This document shows, piece by piece, positions 36,765 through 49,140 of a DNA stretch of 64,000 nucleotides. Both the position numbers and the translations under genes were made by a program. The stretch's first letter is position 1; each line of letters starts with the position of its first letter. Source of the stretch: Dirinaria sp. TL-2023a (Eukaryota); contig JAVEBF010000004.1 in the NCBI GenBank assembly GCA_051941275.1, positions 1 through 64,000 on the forward strand. Direction: 5' to 3'. Below the pieces are notes generated by a model. The model made no database searches. It saw only the letters and a list, made by a program, of their open reading frames with translations, and was not told the origin of the DNA.

Positions 36765-37887
36765 TTTGCTCTTCACCTGGACACCGCCAGCGGGCCCAGG
36801 GAAACCCCCTCGGTGATGATAGCCACCAGCGTAAGGCTGATGAGCACGGTCCGTAAGCTGCCCTCCTAAGAGGGAAGCTCTTGACTCGTGACGGTACGCC
36901 GTGACAGTGGCCTCGATTCTCTTTCGGTGTAGACTTGATGGTGAAGAGATCTAAGACTCGTATGGTCGTCCTCCGGCGATATACCTCAGACGTAGGAGCG
37001 AAGGCGAGGTGACAGATAGGAGCTGTGCCGAGGACTTTGCACAGAGGTGTAGGTATTCAGATGACTGGCGAGAATGGATGTGCTAGGTTAATAAGGTCGG
37101 TGATAGGATGAAGTTGAGGTAGGCGAAGTCGATTGTTGTTTTGGAGGCGTGGTCTCCTCGCAGAGATTGATGATGGAAGTCTGGCCCTTGGCTTGGCTTG
37201 GCAAGACCCCTCTGACCCGCTTCACTAACTTTGTCGAGTCAGCGCGTATGTCGGGTGCTCTTGGCCAGGGCTATGCGATCCCGCCAAGCCCGCTTTCCGA
37301 GTCTTACGACGTATGGGGATGGTTTCGGTTCCTGCAGTTCATCCGTACAGAAGAATGGAAGTATATCAAAGTTATCACTTCTTCGAAAACCAAAAAAACA
37401 ACAACAATTCCCTTCCACGACTTCCACTGTTGATATTATTATCAAGTCTTAAAAGTCAAGACAACAAGGGCCGATCTAAGCGTCTAGAATAAGGGTGGCC
37501 AGGCCCAACGGCACAGCTCGTTTCAGCGAAATACGAGCTGTCGCCAGCATGGATTTTCTGTCAGCGCTCTACGCTTTAACTCAATAAGAAAGAAAACATA
37601 CTTAAAAGAGAAGACCTGGGTTCAATAATGGTATTTGAAATCTAAGCTCATCATCATGCAAGGTATATTGAGTGGCAATCTTTCGTCTTTACTAATTCTA
37701 CGTCTGAATAGCGTATGAAGGCCTACTGCCATGTAGCCAACGCAAAGTGTCTTGGCTCTGATTACCAACCTGAGTATGGCATATTGTCCTAGATTTTCAG
37801 CACTGTATGTAGGTATGCATTACCCATTCAAAACCAGATCATGATTATGCCAATGCAATTTTTCTCATAACTCCTACAAAAGAGCTG

Positions 37888-38767
37888 CGACTTGCTTCGG
37901 GGCAGTACACATGCGACAGTACACATGCCTTATTTCCGACCACCAGCCACCAATCTAGCCACCCCCACCCCACCTACATAGTTCCTCACCGTCGCCTCAA
38001 TTGTGTGCACATTATCTTATTGTTTGAGATTTTTCTATGCTTTCGACGCTCTGGCATTTGTGTTATGGGTTTTCCTCTGGTTTTTCCTATGATTTTGACA
38101 CTAGGTAGGTTCTATTGCATTTTGGCTCTGGCCTAGCCATTTTACTTCTATGACTTTGCACCATGCACTTGGCGCATACTGCAACAATGACGAAAAGCTA
38201 TGGAGCATGTTATGGATCAAATGGTGGGCCAAATATAATGACAATATCTATAAAATAGATGTTCAAAATAAGCTAATAATAATGGCGATGCCCTGAAAAA
38301 TCTGAGTGCAATCGCCTGCTAATTACACCATGTCTGCTCCATAGTTTTTCGTTATTGTTGCAGTATGCGCCAAGTGCATGACTCAAAGTCATAGAAGTAA
38401 AAGAGCTGGGTCAGAGCCAAAATGTCATAGAATCTACCTAGTGTCAAAATCATAGAAAGAACCACAGGAAAACTCATAACAGTATATGTGCGCAATATAG
38501 TACTCTGTGAACTACTGCTGCAGAGAACTGTTTTTGAATTTTGAAGAAAGCAATTTGAGACGACGAGAACTCTCTTACAGATGCAACTCATGATCATATA
38601 TCAAGTTGAAAATGCTTCTGTTTGACTGCTTGTTATCACTGTATAGGCATAGGCATAGAGATCAATAGTCCATTGATGAGTGCAGTGAGCTTGGCATGCG
38701 GCTGTGGCTAGGTAGCCGGAAATAAGACATGTGTACTGTCGCATGTGTACTACCCCGAAGCAAGTCG
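37888..38767. mobile_element. Non-autonomous foldback/MITE DNA transposon, Mutator-like by TSD length
   Basis: 51-bp TIRs (37888-37938 / 38717-38767, 2 mismatches); perfect 9-bp TSD AAAGAGCTG (37879-37887 / 38768-38776); internal ~147-bp inverted repeats (38061-38207 / 38335-38481); no ORF. Confidence 0.92.
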
Positions 38768-38968
38768 AAAGAGCTGGTGCATTAATTTTGACCTCCGAAG
38801 TTTAGCCGAGGTAAAGCCGCACATGCCGAGAGCTGTATTCGCGAACACCTCATTTGATACTGGGATGAGCAATCGACATAAGCCACAGTCGCTAGAAACT
38901 TTTACCCGCAATTCACCTGGTCAAATTTATCCAAATAATCATTCTGCGACGTATTCGTCTCTTCAACA

Positions 38969-40555
38969 ATGGCCTCAGGTATATCCTTTCCTTTCCTTGC
39001 TCAAGCAAGCATATCGCGAACGAGCAGCTGCTGATGCCCTTGGATAGATGATCAGATATTGGATGCGCTGGCAAAGAACGGTGATATAGATTAGTACGAA
39101 TTGACGGCGTTGGTCCAGGACATCGCTGAATTGAGGATAGCTCAGCATGGCCTGCTTTGCTAGAGCGTTTGTTGCCCAAGCTCGAAGACGTAGGCTTGTC
39201 GTTCCCAGGCGCTTCAATATTTATTCTAACCAAAAACATTGAAGATTGCGCATCACGACTTCCCAACTCCAACAATACCCATTTCCGAACCTCTATCATC
39301 CGGAACCAAAGCAGGCTCACGAACGCCTAAGTCCCGATCTCCAAGCCAAGGTTCCAATATCTCCCAGAAAGAGAACCAACCCGTCTCTCCTTCATCGCCA
39401 GCCACCACAAGACCGCAGCCATCTCCAGCCAGAGCAGTAGCTCCGCCAGATGGAACCCTACCGCCTCCGCTCCTCTCCCTCCTACTATCAATCCAATCTA
39501 CTCTACGTACCACATTTACCAAGGCCCCACCCCACACCGCCCAACGTCTTGCCGAACTCATCCTACGACCAACAAAGCACTACCGCACTCTCCCCTCATA
39601 CCTCCGCGCTCTCGAGCGCATAGTCTCTGTCTCCAGCCCGCTCTCAGACTTTCCTCTTCCATCAATCCCCTTTGCTTCAACCAGCAACAGCGGGCTGCTC
39701 AACGGATCCTTAACCCCAGAACGTCAAGATGAAGAAACTGTCAGCGGCGCAACACTAACACCTATCCCCTGGCTTAGCCGCAACGGCAGCACATCCTCCT
39801 CTCGGCCCTCCACATCCAGCGTGCACCCGCACGTACCCCACAACGCCTCGACCTCGGACCTACGCACCGAATCCACCACCCAAATCGACGGCCCCAATGG
39901 CGCTGGCTCGATCGAGACTGTGACCGTCTCCGTCAATGGACTCACGCCGCGCAGCGTCTCGTCCATGCACACAACCTCGAGCGTCTCAAACAGCAATCCA
40001 GTAACCCAAGGTGAGCTGCTGCGGCAGGAGCAAGAAGCCGGTGTTGTGCCCGTGCCCGTGCACACTCCAATGGTAAGTGACATGTCACCTTCCATCGCCG
40101 CCGCCACGGGCCGAGCAACTCGTGGCTCGAGCGCAACGGCAGCAGGCACGGCGCCCGATACGCGCGCAGCAACTGTATCCGCAGCGACGGAGACAGCGAC
40201 TGCGGAAACAGAAGCCGGCGAAGGGCCGAGGGTGCATGCGCGGGGCCCGAACGTGATTGGAATGGAGGATATGGGGCCGCAGGTTCGAGGGATGGGAAGT
40301 GGAGGGTTGGATATTGAAGGGGCGTTGGGGAGACGAGGGGAAGGGGAGGGAATGGGCACGTTGTTGGGCAGTGCCAGTGAGGAGAAGGAAGAGGAGGAGG
40401 ATGAGGAGGAGCAAGAAGTGGGTGCGAAGGATGGAGATGGCGATGGTGATGTCGTTCTTACGGATGCAGATGGCGTTGCTGAAGGAGAGGATGGTGCGGA
40501 TGTGATGTCGCAGAACGTGGGATCTGATGCTGCCGATTCAAGTGCCGTTCCTTGA
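38969..40555 (+). CDS. Protein phosphatase 4 regulatory subunit 2 (PPP4R2 family)
   Basis: Three short 5' introns give MASDDQILDALAKNGDIDYSAWPALLERLLPKLEDIAHHDFP; PPHTAQRLAELILRP..HY...YLRALERIVSVSS motif; acidic tail. Confidence 0.82.
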
Positions 40556-41071
40556 TTTGCCTAAGAGCAATGACGTGGGACCAACTCAGAGGGAAATAAT
40601 GGGGGCAAAAGCGATGATCAGATTCCGCCATCTAGTGAAGTAAGTGTAGACAAGAGTATTGGTGAGCGATGCCAACATAGTGTAATAAATGCCAACACAT
40701 TCACTCTTCATGCATGTAGCTCGTACATATTCGCCCGAGTCAGATACTTTCGAATGCTAGTTTGCTTGTATCAAGCACCTTATCGAAGCACCATACTATT
40801 AATTACAATGCAGAAGCACCAGCGCCATGCATTCAACAAGCGCCGAAAACACAATGCCTTGGAAACTCCACGCTATTTCCATCCGTGCTAAGTGCTCACC
40901 GTATGCCCTGTCCCTTATTCACACGGAGAATTTTAAATCAAGTCATGTCGCTAGGTATCAACAACAATGATGCGCAATATACTCCAACACCATGCTCCAT
41001 CTTCCTGCCCTTGCCCTATTATTCCTTGCATATATCGTTGCAGTGTGCATTAAATAGTTGGATTTGGCCCA

Positions 41072-43040
41072 TCACCGGAATCCAGGGAAGACGGATCCAA
41101 CAGCTTTGCGCCCTGCATTCGTATAGTCAGTAATGGATGGTTTGCTAGGATGTTTGAGCAAAGTCGGGACTTTACATTTCGGCATTCGCGCAGCCTCCTC
41201 CCTTTCCTCATCCTCGACAGTGGGTCGGTGCCCCAGTAGAGTACTTATGCGGCGCCTTGCCCTTTCGGTCCTGTCACCAGCCGCCCTCTCCGGACTCACC
41301 GCGTCCAATGGTCCAGCATTCGTAGTCACGACAGACCCAGGCGGCGCACGGTCAGCCATCTCAACCGCATTGTTGGAAGCTACAGTCGCACTTGGACTTC
41401 TCCGTCCTGTCATCGAGCGATTGCGGCGTCCAAACTGGCGGTGGAAACTTGCCATGCGTCGACCGACCGCGAGGCGTTGGTGTGATGAAGGGTCACCCCC
41501 CACACCTGCACCTGCATCCAGGCGTTGATTTGCTGAGACAACAACCGCGTTGCCTTGTCCACGACGATGCTGGCGTTCGCGACGTACCATTAGATTGGTG
41601 ATTCTTTCGGGAAAGTACCCTAAGGGGAGCACCTTGGTCTTGCACACTGGACACAAAGAGCTGTGTTTAGTGAGCAGCTGGTGGGCGCATTCTGTGTGGT
41701 AGATATGCCGGCATGGAAGCTCTGTAACAGGAGTGACATTAGGAACGAACTCGTCAAGACAGATGGCGCAGGTGGATTGAGAATATGCTTGTGAGTAATC
41801 GTGCGATGTGATGGTATCGCCCGGTGGCTGATGGGATGACCGGGGTGAGGAAGAGGCACGCCGCGACATTGGCGTCGCAGCGGCAGCGTCTGGAATCCCT
41901 GGCACTCTCTGATCGGCAGTGTAGGTGTAAACAGGGAGCTTGTCAAAAAACTCTTGGGGAACTGTTAATCGCTTGATACCGAGCGCCTCAAGGTCGACTT
42001 CACCCTGTGCAATTCGGTCACGCAAGCGGCGGCGAGCGCGACGCTGGTACCAGTGCATGACGAAGGAGGTGCATGCCACTAAGAATAGCACAATTCCCAG
42101 GACGATAAGCAAGAATGCCCATAGGCTTGGTAAATTGCTTTGCGCTTTCGTTTGAATCTCAACGTACATCCTTACTAAATCCGTAGGAGTTGCGCCTTTG
42201 CCTTTGAGGAGCTCTGCGCCGTTCTTGACTGTGGATATGTTCCCCGAGTAATTTGGTAGTTGTTGCATGACTGCGTAACCGGACGCACCCGGAATAGCAT
42301 AGACTGGAAATTGACTGTCGGCTTTCCAGCGTCCTCCATCATTGAGGTCCCACTGCGGGTCGTTGACTGGAGGTGGGATGTTGGTGGAATTGTTAGGAAC
42401 GTAGGTTATAAAGGCAGCAACTCCATTATCATCGTTTGCTGCAGTAAGATACGCATGGGTGCAATCCGCCGAGATCCACGGAACGTAAGCGACAAAATTG
42501 TACTGCGAGCTCGGTATATCGGAGTGGCGAGTCACATTTTGAGGGATATACTGCGTGGACGCGCAGGCTTGCGGTGTGGTGACGTAGGGTACGTAGAGAA
42601 AGCCCTCCAAATCATCAATGTTATTTGCATTGTTGGTAGAAAGCGTTCGAAGATTTTGCTTCAGGGAGAGAGCGTAGGAGATATTGGCCTAGGGTACGGA
42701 GCAGAGCTACGTCAGCATCTTGGGACGACTCAAGATCAAATAAAACCGTCAACTTCAAGCAAGCTTCCTGAAATGCAATTGAATGTTTGGACAAAAGCAT
42801 GACCAATATGGATCTTTCCTCTCGAGCAGGCGCAATGGCCCACCACCACCAACAATCTCACTCTGCTAGGTGTCGGAAGGAAGGATAATGGAACATACTG
42901 ATACTGGTCTTCCTTGATTGGAGCTATCATACGAGCTTGGTTGAGGAAATTCAGCAACAAAGATGTCGATGACTTGCACACCTGCATAGAGTCAGATATC
43001 CGGTTTGCTCGAGTTCAGATGTGGAGGAAGTCTTACTCAT
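41072..43040 (-). CDS. Single-TM RING-H2 E3 ubiquitin ligase-like protein (PA-TM-RING type)
   Basis: Luminal domain, TM LWAFLLIVLGIVLFLVACTSFV, RING-H2 CAICLDEF..LPCRHIYHTECAH...CPVC. Inferred exons from ATG 43040 with introns at ~42984-43036, ~42690-42894 and ~41113-41175. Confidence 0.82.
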
Positions 43041-43755
43041 TATGGTAGCGATTCCAGCCCGATAAAGCGGGCTGTTGATTACTGTGATCAAAGACGACCG
43101 TAGTCTTGATGCCGCATCTTATATCTCGAGCATATCCAGCCCAAGCGCTTGCTGCAAGCACTGTGACGATTAATACCACAGCCTCCTGGCTGAGGGATGA
43201 GTTGAAGACTTCTGAAGATTTGGCGATGATTGGATGAAAGCGGGATCATGCATCTGCCATAAGCCCATAACGCCCACACCTCAGTACCTTAGTGAGTTAG
43301 TACCCTTCCCTTTCCCTTATGAATGCGCTTCATGCCTCGGAAGATTCGGAGTTTGCCTCATGCTAATCCTGATGCCGTTAGACTGCACGCTCAGCCTTCT
43401 TGCGATTCTGGCTTGGCATTTGCATGTCCAACGACTGGAATGTCCCCAAGCCATAGAGAATGGCGTAGTACACCAAAGACAAGAATCATCGGGCTCAACA
43501 GAGAACCCTCGCAGCATGTTGTGACTCACTCAGTCACTTGGCTGATTCAACACAGAGCAGGAGATCACCTAACTCATTGTTGAGGCATTGCTATCTGAAA
43601 GCAAACTAACTGTGCTCAGCACAGCTCGAACCATGGTAGAGGGCTTTGAGGTTGGCCAAACGGATAGCTTTTCCTTCACCAACTAAGTCTTCCTTCGCGA
43701 TATTCCGATCTCTTTCTGCATATCCAGAGCTTCACTTCTCCCCTAACCATCAAGG

Positions 43756-46358
43756 ATGCCGCCATCGCTAGGACAGAACAAAAACAAAAGCGGGGACGGC
43801 AGACAGTCATTGAGTCGTCATACGACCCCGAGCTCCTCAGTGAGTGCACATACCAGCATCATATCGTCCTCTAACACCGAGTACCTGAACATACCTCTCT
43901 CAAAGCTGATGGTGCCATCCACCATCAGCTACGAGAAGATTCTTGAACGCCATGGAGGTGGTGGTGGCATACCGGATCCGACCTACCTGCAGACGATGGC
44001 GGAGGATCTCAAAGCGCTCAGTCGTCTGGCTGAGACAAGGATCCAGACTCTGGATGAAGGTATGCGTGAATTAGTGGATCGGCGAAAAGAGAGGGCGGAG
44101 GAAGAGCGCCGGGAGGCTGAGGAAGCAGCAAGAGAGTTGGAGGAGAAAGAACGCCTGAGGAAGGTAGCCGAAGAGGAAGAGGATATCAGAGCGCGTAAAG
44201 GCGCTACGCTTAAAAAAAAGAACGAGCGAAACATCAAGCCTGAGGAAAGGCCGTTGACTCATGGAGCACATGGTGTTGCTCGTCAGGACGGTCTTGTAGA
44301 CATAACATCCAAAGGTACGTTTGTAAAATGGGCTTTTTGTTCTTTGTTCTTCATACTTCAAGTGTAATCTGGAAATCGGTGTAGCGGGACAACCCTGGTG
44401 GGAGATACCCAGCTAGTGAATTGGCAGAAGGAGCGATTGCTGCACCTCTTGCATGTAGTTGAAATTGTAAACCACAAAACGTGGACGAGACCCAGGAACC
44501 AAAGATAAGTAACCTCATGAAGAGGAACGTCCATACACTGGGGTTTCTAGCTCTTTGAAACAGAAACCCGTTGCCTGTGTTCAGACTTCCATAAGCCTGC
44601 ACAAGGCCCAGCACATACATCATTCTTATCCTTGAGATGGCAACATATTTGCCCCATAACACTGAGGGCCGCAAACGCTCTCGAGATGAGCAGCTGCTTC
44701 TTCGCGACCACATGGAAAACTTGACGGGACTGAAATTCACACTGGCTCAAGCTGAACACATTGCTAACCAGCTTGAAGACCCCACAGCTGCTCGCCGAAC
44801 CAGTTTGGAAGCGATTTCCAATACAAAACGTAAACTTGAGGAGCTCGAGTCAAGCTCTTCATTATCACCTGCTTCACAACTTGCATCACCAGCTGGCGTT
44901 GCTGGCGCTGCCAGCACAGCCGCCAACGGGACACAATCAGTCCGAGCATCGTCCCCTACCTCCTCAACCAGCTCACTTGACGAGCACCAGCCACCTCCAG
45001 CTCCGAGTATGCCTCAGTACCAGACCTTTGGTCCCGATCCTTCAAAATTCGATGACCCCACCATCTACCATATCCGTGAAGTCACGGATGACATGACCGA
45101 TGAAGAAAAGAGGGACATCTACGGCGTCAAATCCTTTCCGAAGAGCGACCTAAGCGATTTGATAGCTGGAAAAGTTGCAGATAAAGACTTCAGCAATGCA
45201 AAGCCTACAAACCAGGTTAATGCCAACACTTTCCATGCGTACGTTGAACCATATGTCCGTCCATTAACCGAAGAGGACATGGCTTGGCTGAAAGAGCGTG
45301 TAAGCCAACGTGGAGATGGAATCCCTCCTACTTGGTGATGCTAACTTTGACTTGAGGGAGATCGAGTCGGACCATTTATCATCCCACCTCGCGGCAAACG
45401 CTCCTACAAGGAAATTTGGGCGGAAGAAGATGGCCAAATCTCCGTGGACGGAAACCACTCGATTGAACGCCTGCCACAGAATCAAGCTCGCGGTACCCTT
45501 GAAGACATGGATGATGAGACGGCTGAGACCGATCAAATCTCCAATGGACCCATGATGAATCGCCTCCTATCTTGTATGCGCTTCGAGCATCGCGCGTCCT
45601 TGACAGATGAAAAGGACAAATCGAATAGTTTAACAAACGGTACCAACGGTGATATCAACATGAACGGTACAGATCCCGCAGAGACTGGGAACGCGACCAA
45701 CGAAGATAATAAATCCCTGCCATCCGCAACCGCCATCCCTGAGAACGCTCTTCCAGCATCTGCTCGCAACCCCAACAACGCCTCCAAGCTAAGCGGCATC
45801 GAAATGGACGAGCGTCTGAAGCAAGAACTTCGCTTCATCGGCTTTATTGGTCAGGACGCCGAACCCGACTACGAAGGCCACTACGACGACGAAGTCGCCG
45901 AGCGTCTCCGCATGCTGCAGGCCGAACTCAAAGAAGTCAGCATCATCAACGGCGCCAAGAAGGCTCGTATTGAAATGCTTGCCAAAGACCAAATGGCACA
46001 TCAGGAATACAGCACCATCCTTGACGACCTCAACAATCAGGTCCAGAGCCAATGGCTCAAGAGCTCACGCGGGGCGAACAAGAAGAAGAACCCGCCAAAA
46101 ACCAAAGCCGGCGGTGCCGGTGGCGGAAGTCATCCCATCGCCGTCGGCAATTCGCGCGCTTCAGTAGCGCGGTCGACGATCTCGGATCAGACTCGCCAGC
46201 TTATGACCAGGCGCGAGAAGTGGGCGAACCAGATCGGACCCATTTTCGACGAGGAGATCACCAAGGTCAGGACTGTGGGGGAGAGTATTTTCACGGACGA
46301 TATCATGGAGCCGTTGATTCGCGCTGAGAGGGAGCGCTGGGACGAGGAGGCTGAGTAA
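43756..46358 (+). CDS. NGG1: SAGA/ADA complex subunit Ngg1/Ada3
   Basis: ERPLTHGAHGVARQDG, DDPTIYHIREV, DKDFSNAKPTNQV, MDERLKQELRFIG, DDEVAERLR.LQ.EL. Introns at 44315-44787 and ~45300-45356. Confidence 0.92.
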
Positions 46359-46932
46359 GGGGGGCGAATTCCCTTTTTTTTCTTTTTTTTCTTCGGGGTT
46401 TTTTTTTGTTGCAATCTTGCAGATGGCGAGCTGGGTCCTGCAACATGTGTGACTGGAGGAAGAGACCAAATGGACGTAGCTAAAGGTGGATTGGATTGTA
46501 AAATAATTCCCAAGAATTATGTATGCTGGATGGAATATTTGTCTAGCAAGGTGAACTGGCAATGGTCGCGCTCAGACTCGCTTATAAATCCATCCTGCAT
46601 TTGGTTATTGGAGATCGATATTGAATGATCAGACATGGTGCCGTAGAGCAGTATGTCTGAAGAGGAAGATATTCCCGAACAAGGGCTGAATCTGATTCCA
46701 GGATTATATTTGGTGGAAGTGACGCTGTGATTGTTCTGCTTGTCCAGGAAATGGTTTTTAGAAGCGGCCTCTTCATTGAGAGTTCGTGGTAAAACCCATC
46801 ATCAAGGTAAGAAACATGTGCCTCTGGTGTAGCGTTAGGTAAAGTCTAGACTTCTGTCAAAGGACTAAGAGTTCACTCCATAATGACGTCCAAATACATG
46901 TATGCAGGCGTATTCACCTTCACCATAACGCC

Positions 46933-49140
46933 TTAATCGCCAAACCCACTCCATTCTCCACCACCATCATCGGCTTCTACGTGAACTCCCTCTGCGCCTC
47001 GTCTCCTCGCACCACTGATGGCGGCGCCCTTCCTCTTATTCTGCAATCTGCGATCGTACCCACTCTTAGTACTGATTCTGGCCCTCCTGGCATCCTTCCC
47101 TCCCTCCTTTCCCGCGAAGTTCCGCCGGCTCTGCACGCCTTTCCTCTTCAACTCCTTCTTCATCTTCTTGCTCACATTTGGCAGTGCATCCAAAAGCCAT
47201 TTCTGCACCCCCTCGCCCAGCCCTTGATTTGCCTTTTCGCTGGCGGCAATCACATTGGCGATGTTTTTCACGTAGGGAATGTCTTCCTTGGTGTACAATG
47301 TGACGACGATACCACCTTCTCGCCCTTGGCGCCCTGTGCGGCCTGCTCGATGCACGTACGAGGCGCGCGTATTGGGGATATCGTAGTTGACCACGCCGTT
47401 CATGCCTCGGAAATCGATGCCTCGGGAGAGGAGATCGGTGGTGATGAGCACCCAGATCTCGCCCTTGCGGAACGCGGCCATGACGGCTGAGCGAGCGGCG
47501 TCGGAGAGGTCGGAGTGCAAGACTGCGATCCGAGATGAGCCACCTGCTTCTGGCGGAATGTCGTACAGGAGTTCCGAGTGCAGCGCTATGGCTCTTTGGA
47601 TCGTTTGGGTGAAGATTAAGAATGGTGGCTGCAATGACGGACCTTTCTCATTTGATGGTGCAGTAGGGTGGAGCAGTTGCCGGAGGGCGAGCAGCTTCCC
47701 TTGTTCGGTCGCGGCGTAGGTGAGGCGGTGGGAAATGTTAGGAATAGCGGAATCTTTGAGGCCGACGATGACGCGGATGAGATGATGAGGGTTAGAGAGT
47801 TGGAGACTGCGTCGTCGGTCGAAAATCATGGACTGTGCAAGTGATTCGATCGAGGAACCAATCGTTGCAGACCAGAGAGATGTTTGGAGCTTGGGGCTTG
47901 TGCAGGCGCTCCAGATGCCAAGAGTTTGAGCACGGAATAGAGGATCGAGGAGGACGTCCGCTTCGTCGAGTACAAGGTATTGGACCCCAGGCAACGATCT
48001 TGTTGATGAGTTAGGACCTTCGCTGAGGGCGTTCAAAAGCGTTAAAGGCGTGCTGACGAGCACGTCGGCTTTGACAAATGAGCGTTCTCCTACGCTGCTC
48101 GTGCCAGAACCTCTAGCTTCGTGGCCTGAGTCGTTGGAATCGGCATGCTCGGCATTGACAGTATCGTACGGGAGTCTCAAGTCCTTTCTCATAGCAGACA
48201 GTCTAATGCCGGTCCCTAAAGCTAGCTTTCGGCCTTCATTGACAATCTGATCTGCCAGTTCATGAGTAGGCGCGACAATTAACGCTTTAAGCTCATGTCC
48301 ACTGTGAGGTCCAGCTGAAGACTTGTTCTTGCTTCGCCTTTCTTCAATCAAGCCGTGTAAGGCATTGATCATGAATGCCAAGGTCTTACCGCTGCCGGTT
48401 GGAGCTATTGTGAGTAAGTCCACGTGAGCTCGTTGTGGACTTTCCTTCTCCTTCGAGCTCCTGGAAAGTAGACCTCGATCTTCATCTGAGCCTAGCAGTA
48501 GTGGCAGACTCCCAAGTTGTACTTCAGTAGGGTGGAAATATCCTTGAGTATCGAGATTCTCAGCCAATCTCCTGGATATACCACAATCTGTTCGCAACTG
48601 CTTAAACGACAACAAAGGTCGAGGGGAAATTTGGAGATGACCACTGCTCGTCATTTTCTGGTGTGCATCTCGGTTTTCCTGATCCATTAATTTCGACTGA
48701 GTTTGTGGCCCTGTCTCGGCTTTCAGAACTGTCACCTTAAGCTTATTGCGCTTCAGGATCTTTCGACACTCATCTTCTCCCAAACTTTCAGAAGCGACGT
48801 GACGCTTTATTTGCTGTCTATGCTGCGTTTCTTGTGGAGCTACCGCAGCTCCAGCTTTCGAGTAAGGTGTTGTGGATGGAGTTGCCTTGTCAGGCTTTCC
48901 GAAAAAGTCGAGGTAATCAGAAGATGCTGAGCTCTGACTTTCATCTTCAGGCGATCTCTTACGTTTGACTCCTCGGGGGTTAGATTGTGCCTTAGGGAGG
49001 AAATCTTCAAAGCCATGGGCGACAGTTGTGCGACGACTGTTAAAGCCGGCTGAAGGTATTTGAGCTTGATCAGGATTCTTCAACGTTGAGGCTGATTTTT
49101 GGAGACTTGTAGATCTCGTGAGTAGTTTAAATACGTCCAT
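46933..49140 (-). CDS. ROK1: DEAD-box ATP-dependent RNA helicase Rok1
   Basis: MDVFKLLTRST start, PTEVQ, APTGSGKT, DEAD, SAT, TEQGKLLALRQ, LSRGIDF, HRAGRTGR. Confidence 0.93.
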   Translation of the reverse strand: MDVFKLLTRSTSLQKSASTLKNPDQAQIPSAGFNSRRTTVAHGFEDFLPKAQSNPRGVKRKRSPEDESQSSASSDYLDFFGKPDKATPSTTPYSKAGAAVAPQETQHRQQIKRHVASESLGEDECRKILKRNKLKVTVLKAETGPQTQSKLMDQENRDAHQKMTSSGHLQISPRPLLSFKQLRTDCGISRRLAENLDTQGYFHPTEVQLGSLPLLLGSDEDRGLLSRSSKEKESPQRAHVDLLTIAPTGSGKTLAFMINALHGLIEERRSKNKSSAGPHSGHELKALIVAPTHELADQIVNEGRKLALGTGIRLSAMRKDLRLPYDTVNAEHADSNDSGHEARGSGTSSVGERSFVKADVLVSTPLTLLNALSEGPNSSTRSLPGVQYLVLDEADVLLDPLFRAQTLGIWSACTSPKLQTSLWSATIGSSIESLAQSMIFDRRRSLQLSNPHHLIRVIVGLKDSAIPNISHRLTYAATEQGKLLALRQLLHPTAPSNEKGPSLQPPFLIFTQTIQRAIALHSELLYDIPPEAGGSSRIAVLHSDLSDAARSAVMAAFRKGEIWVLITTDLLSRGIDFRGMNGVVNYDIPNTRASYVHRAGRTGRQGREGGIVVTLYTKEDIPYVKNIANVIAASEKANQGLGEGVQKWLLDALPNVSKKMKKELKRKGVQSRRNFAGKEGGKDARRARISTKSGYDRRLQNKRKGAAISGARRRGAEGVHVEADDGGGEWSGFGD

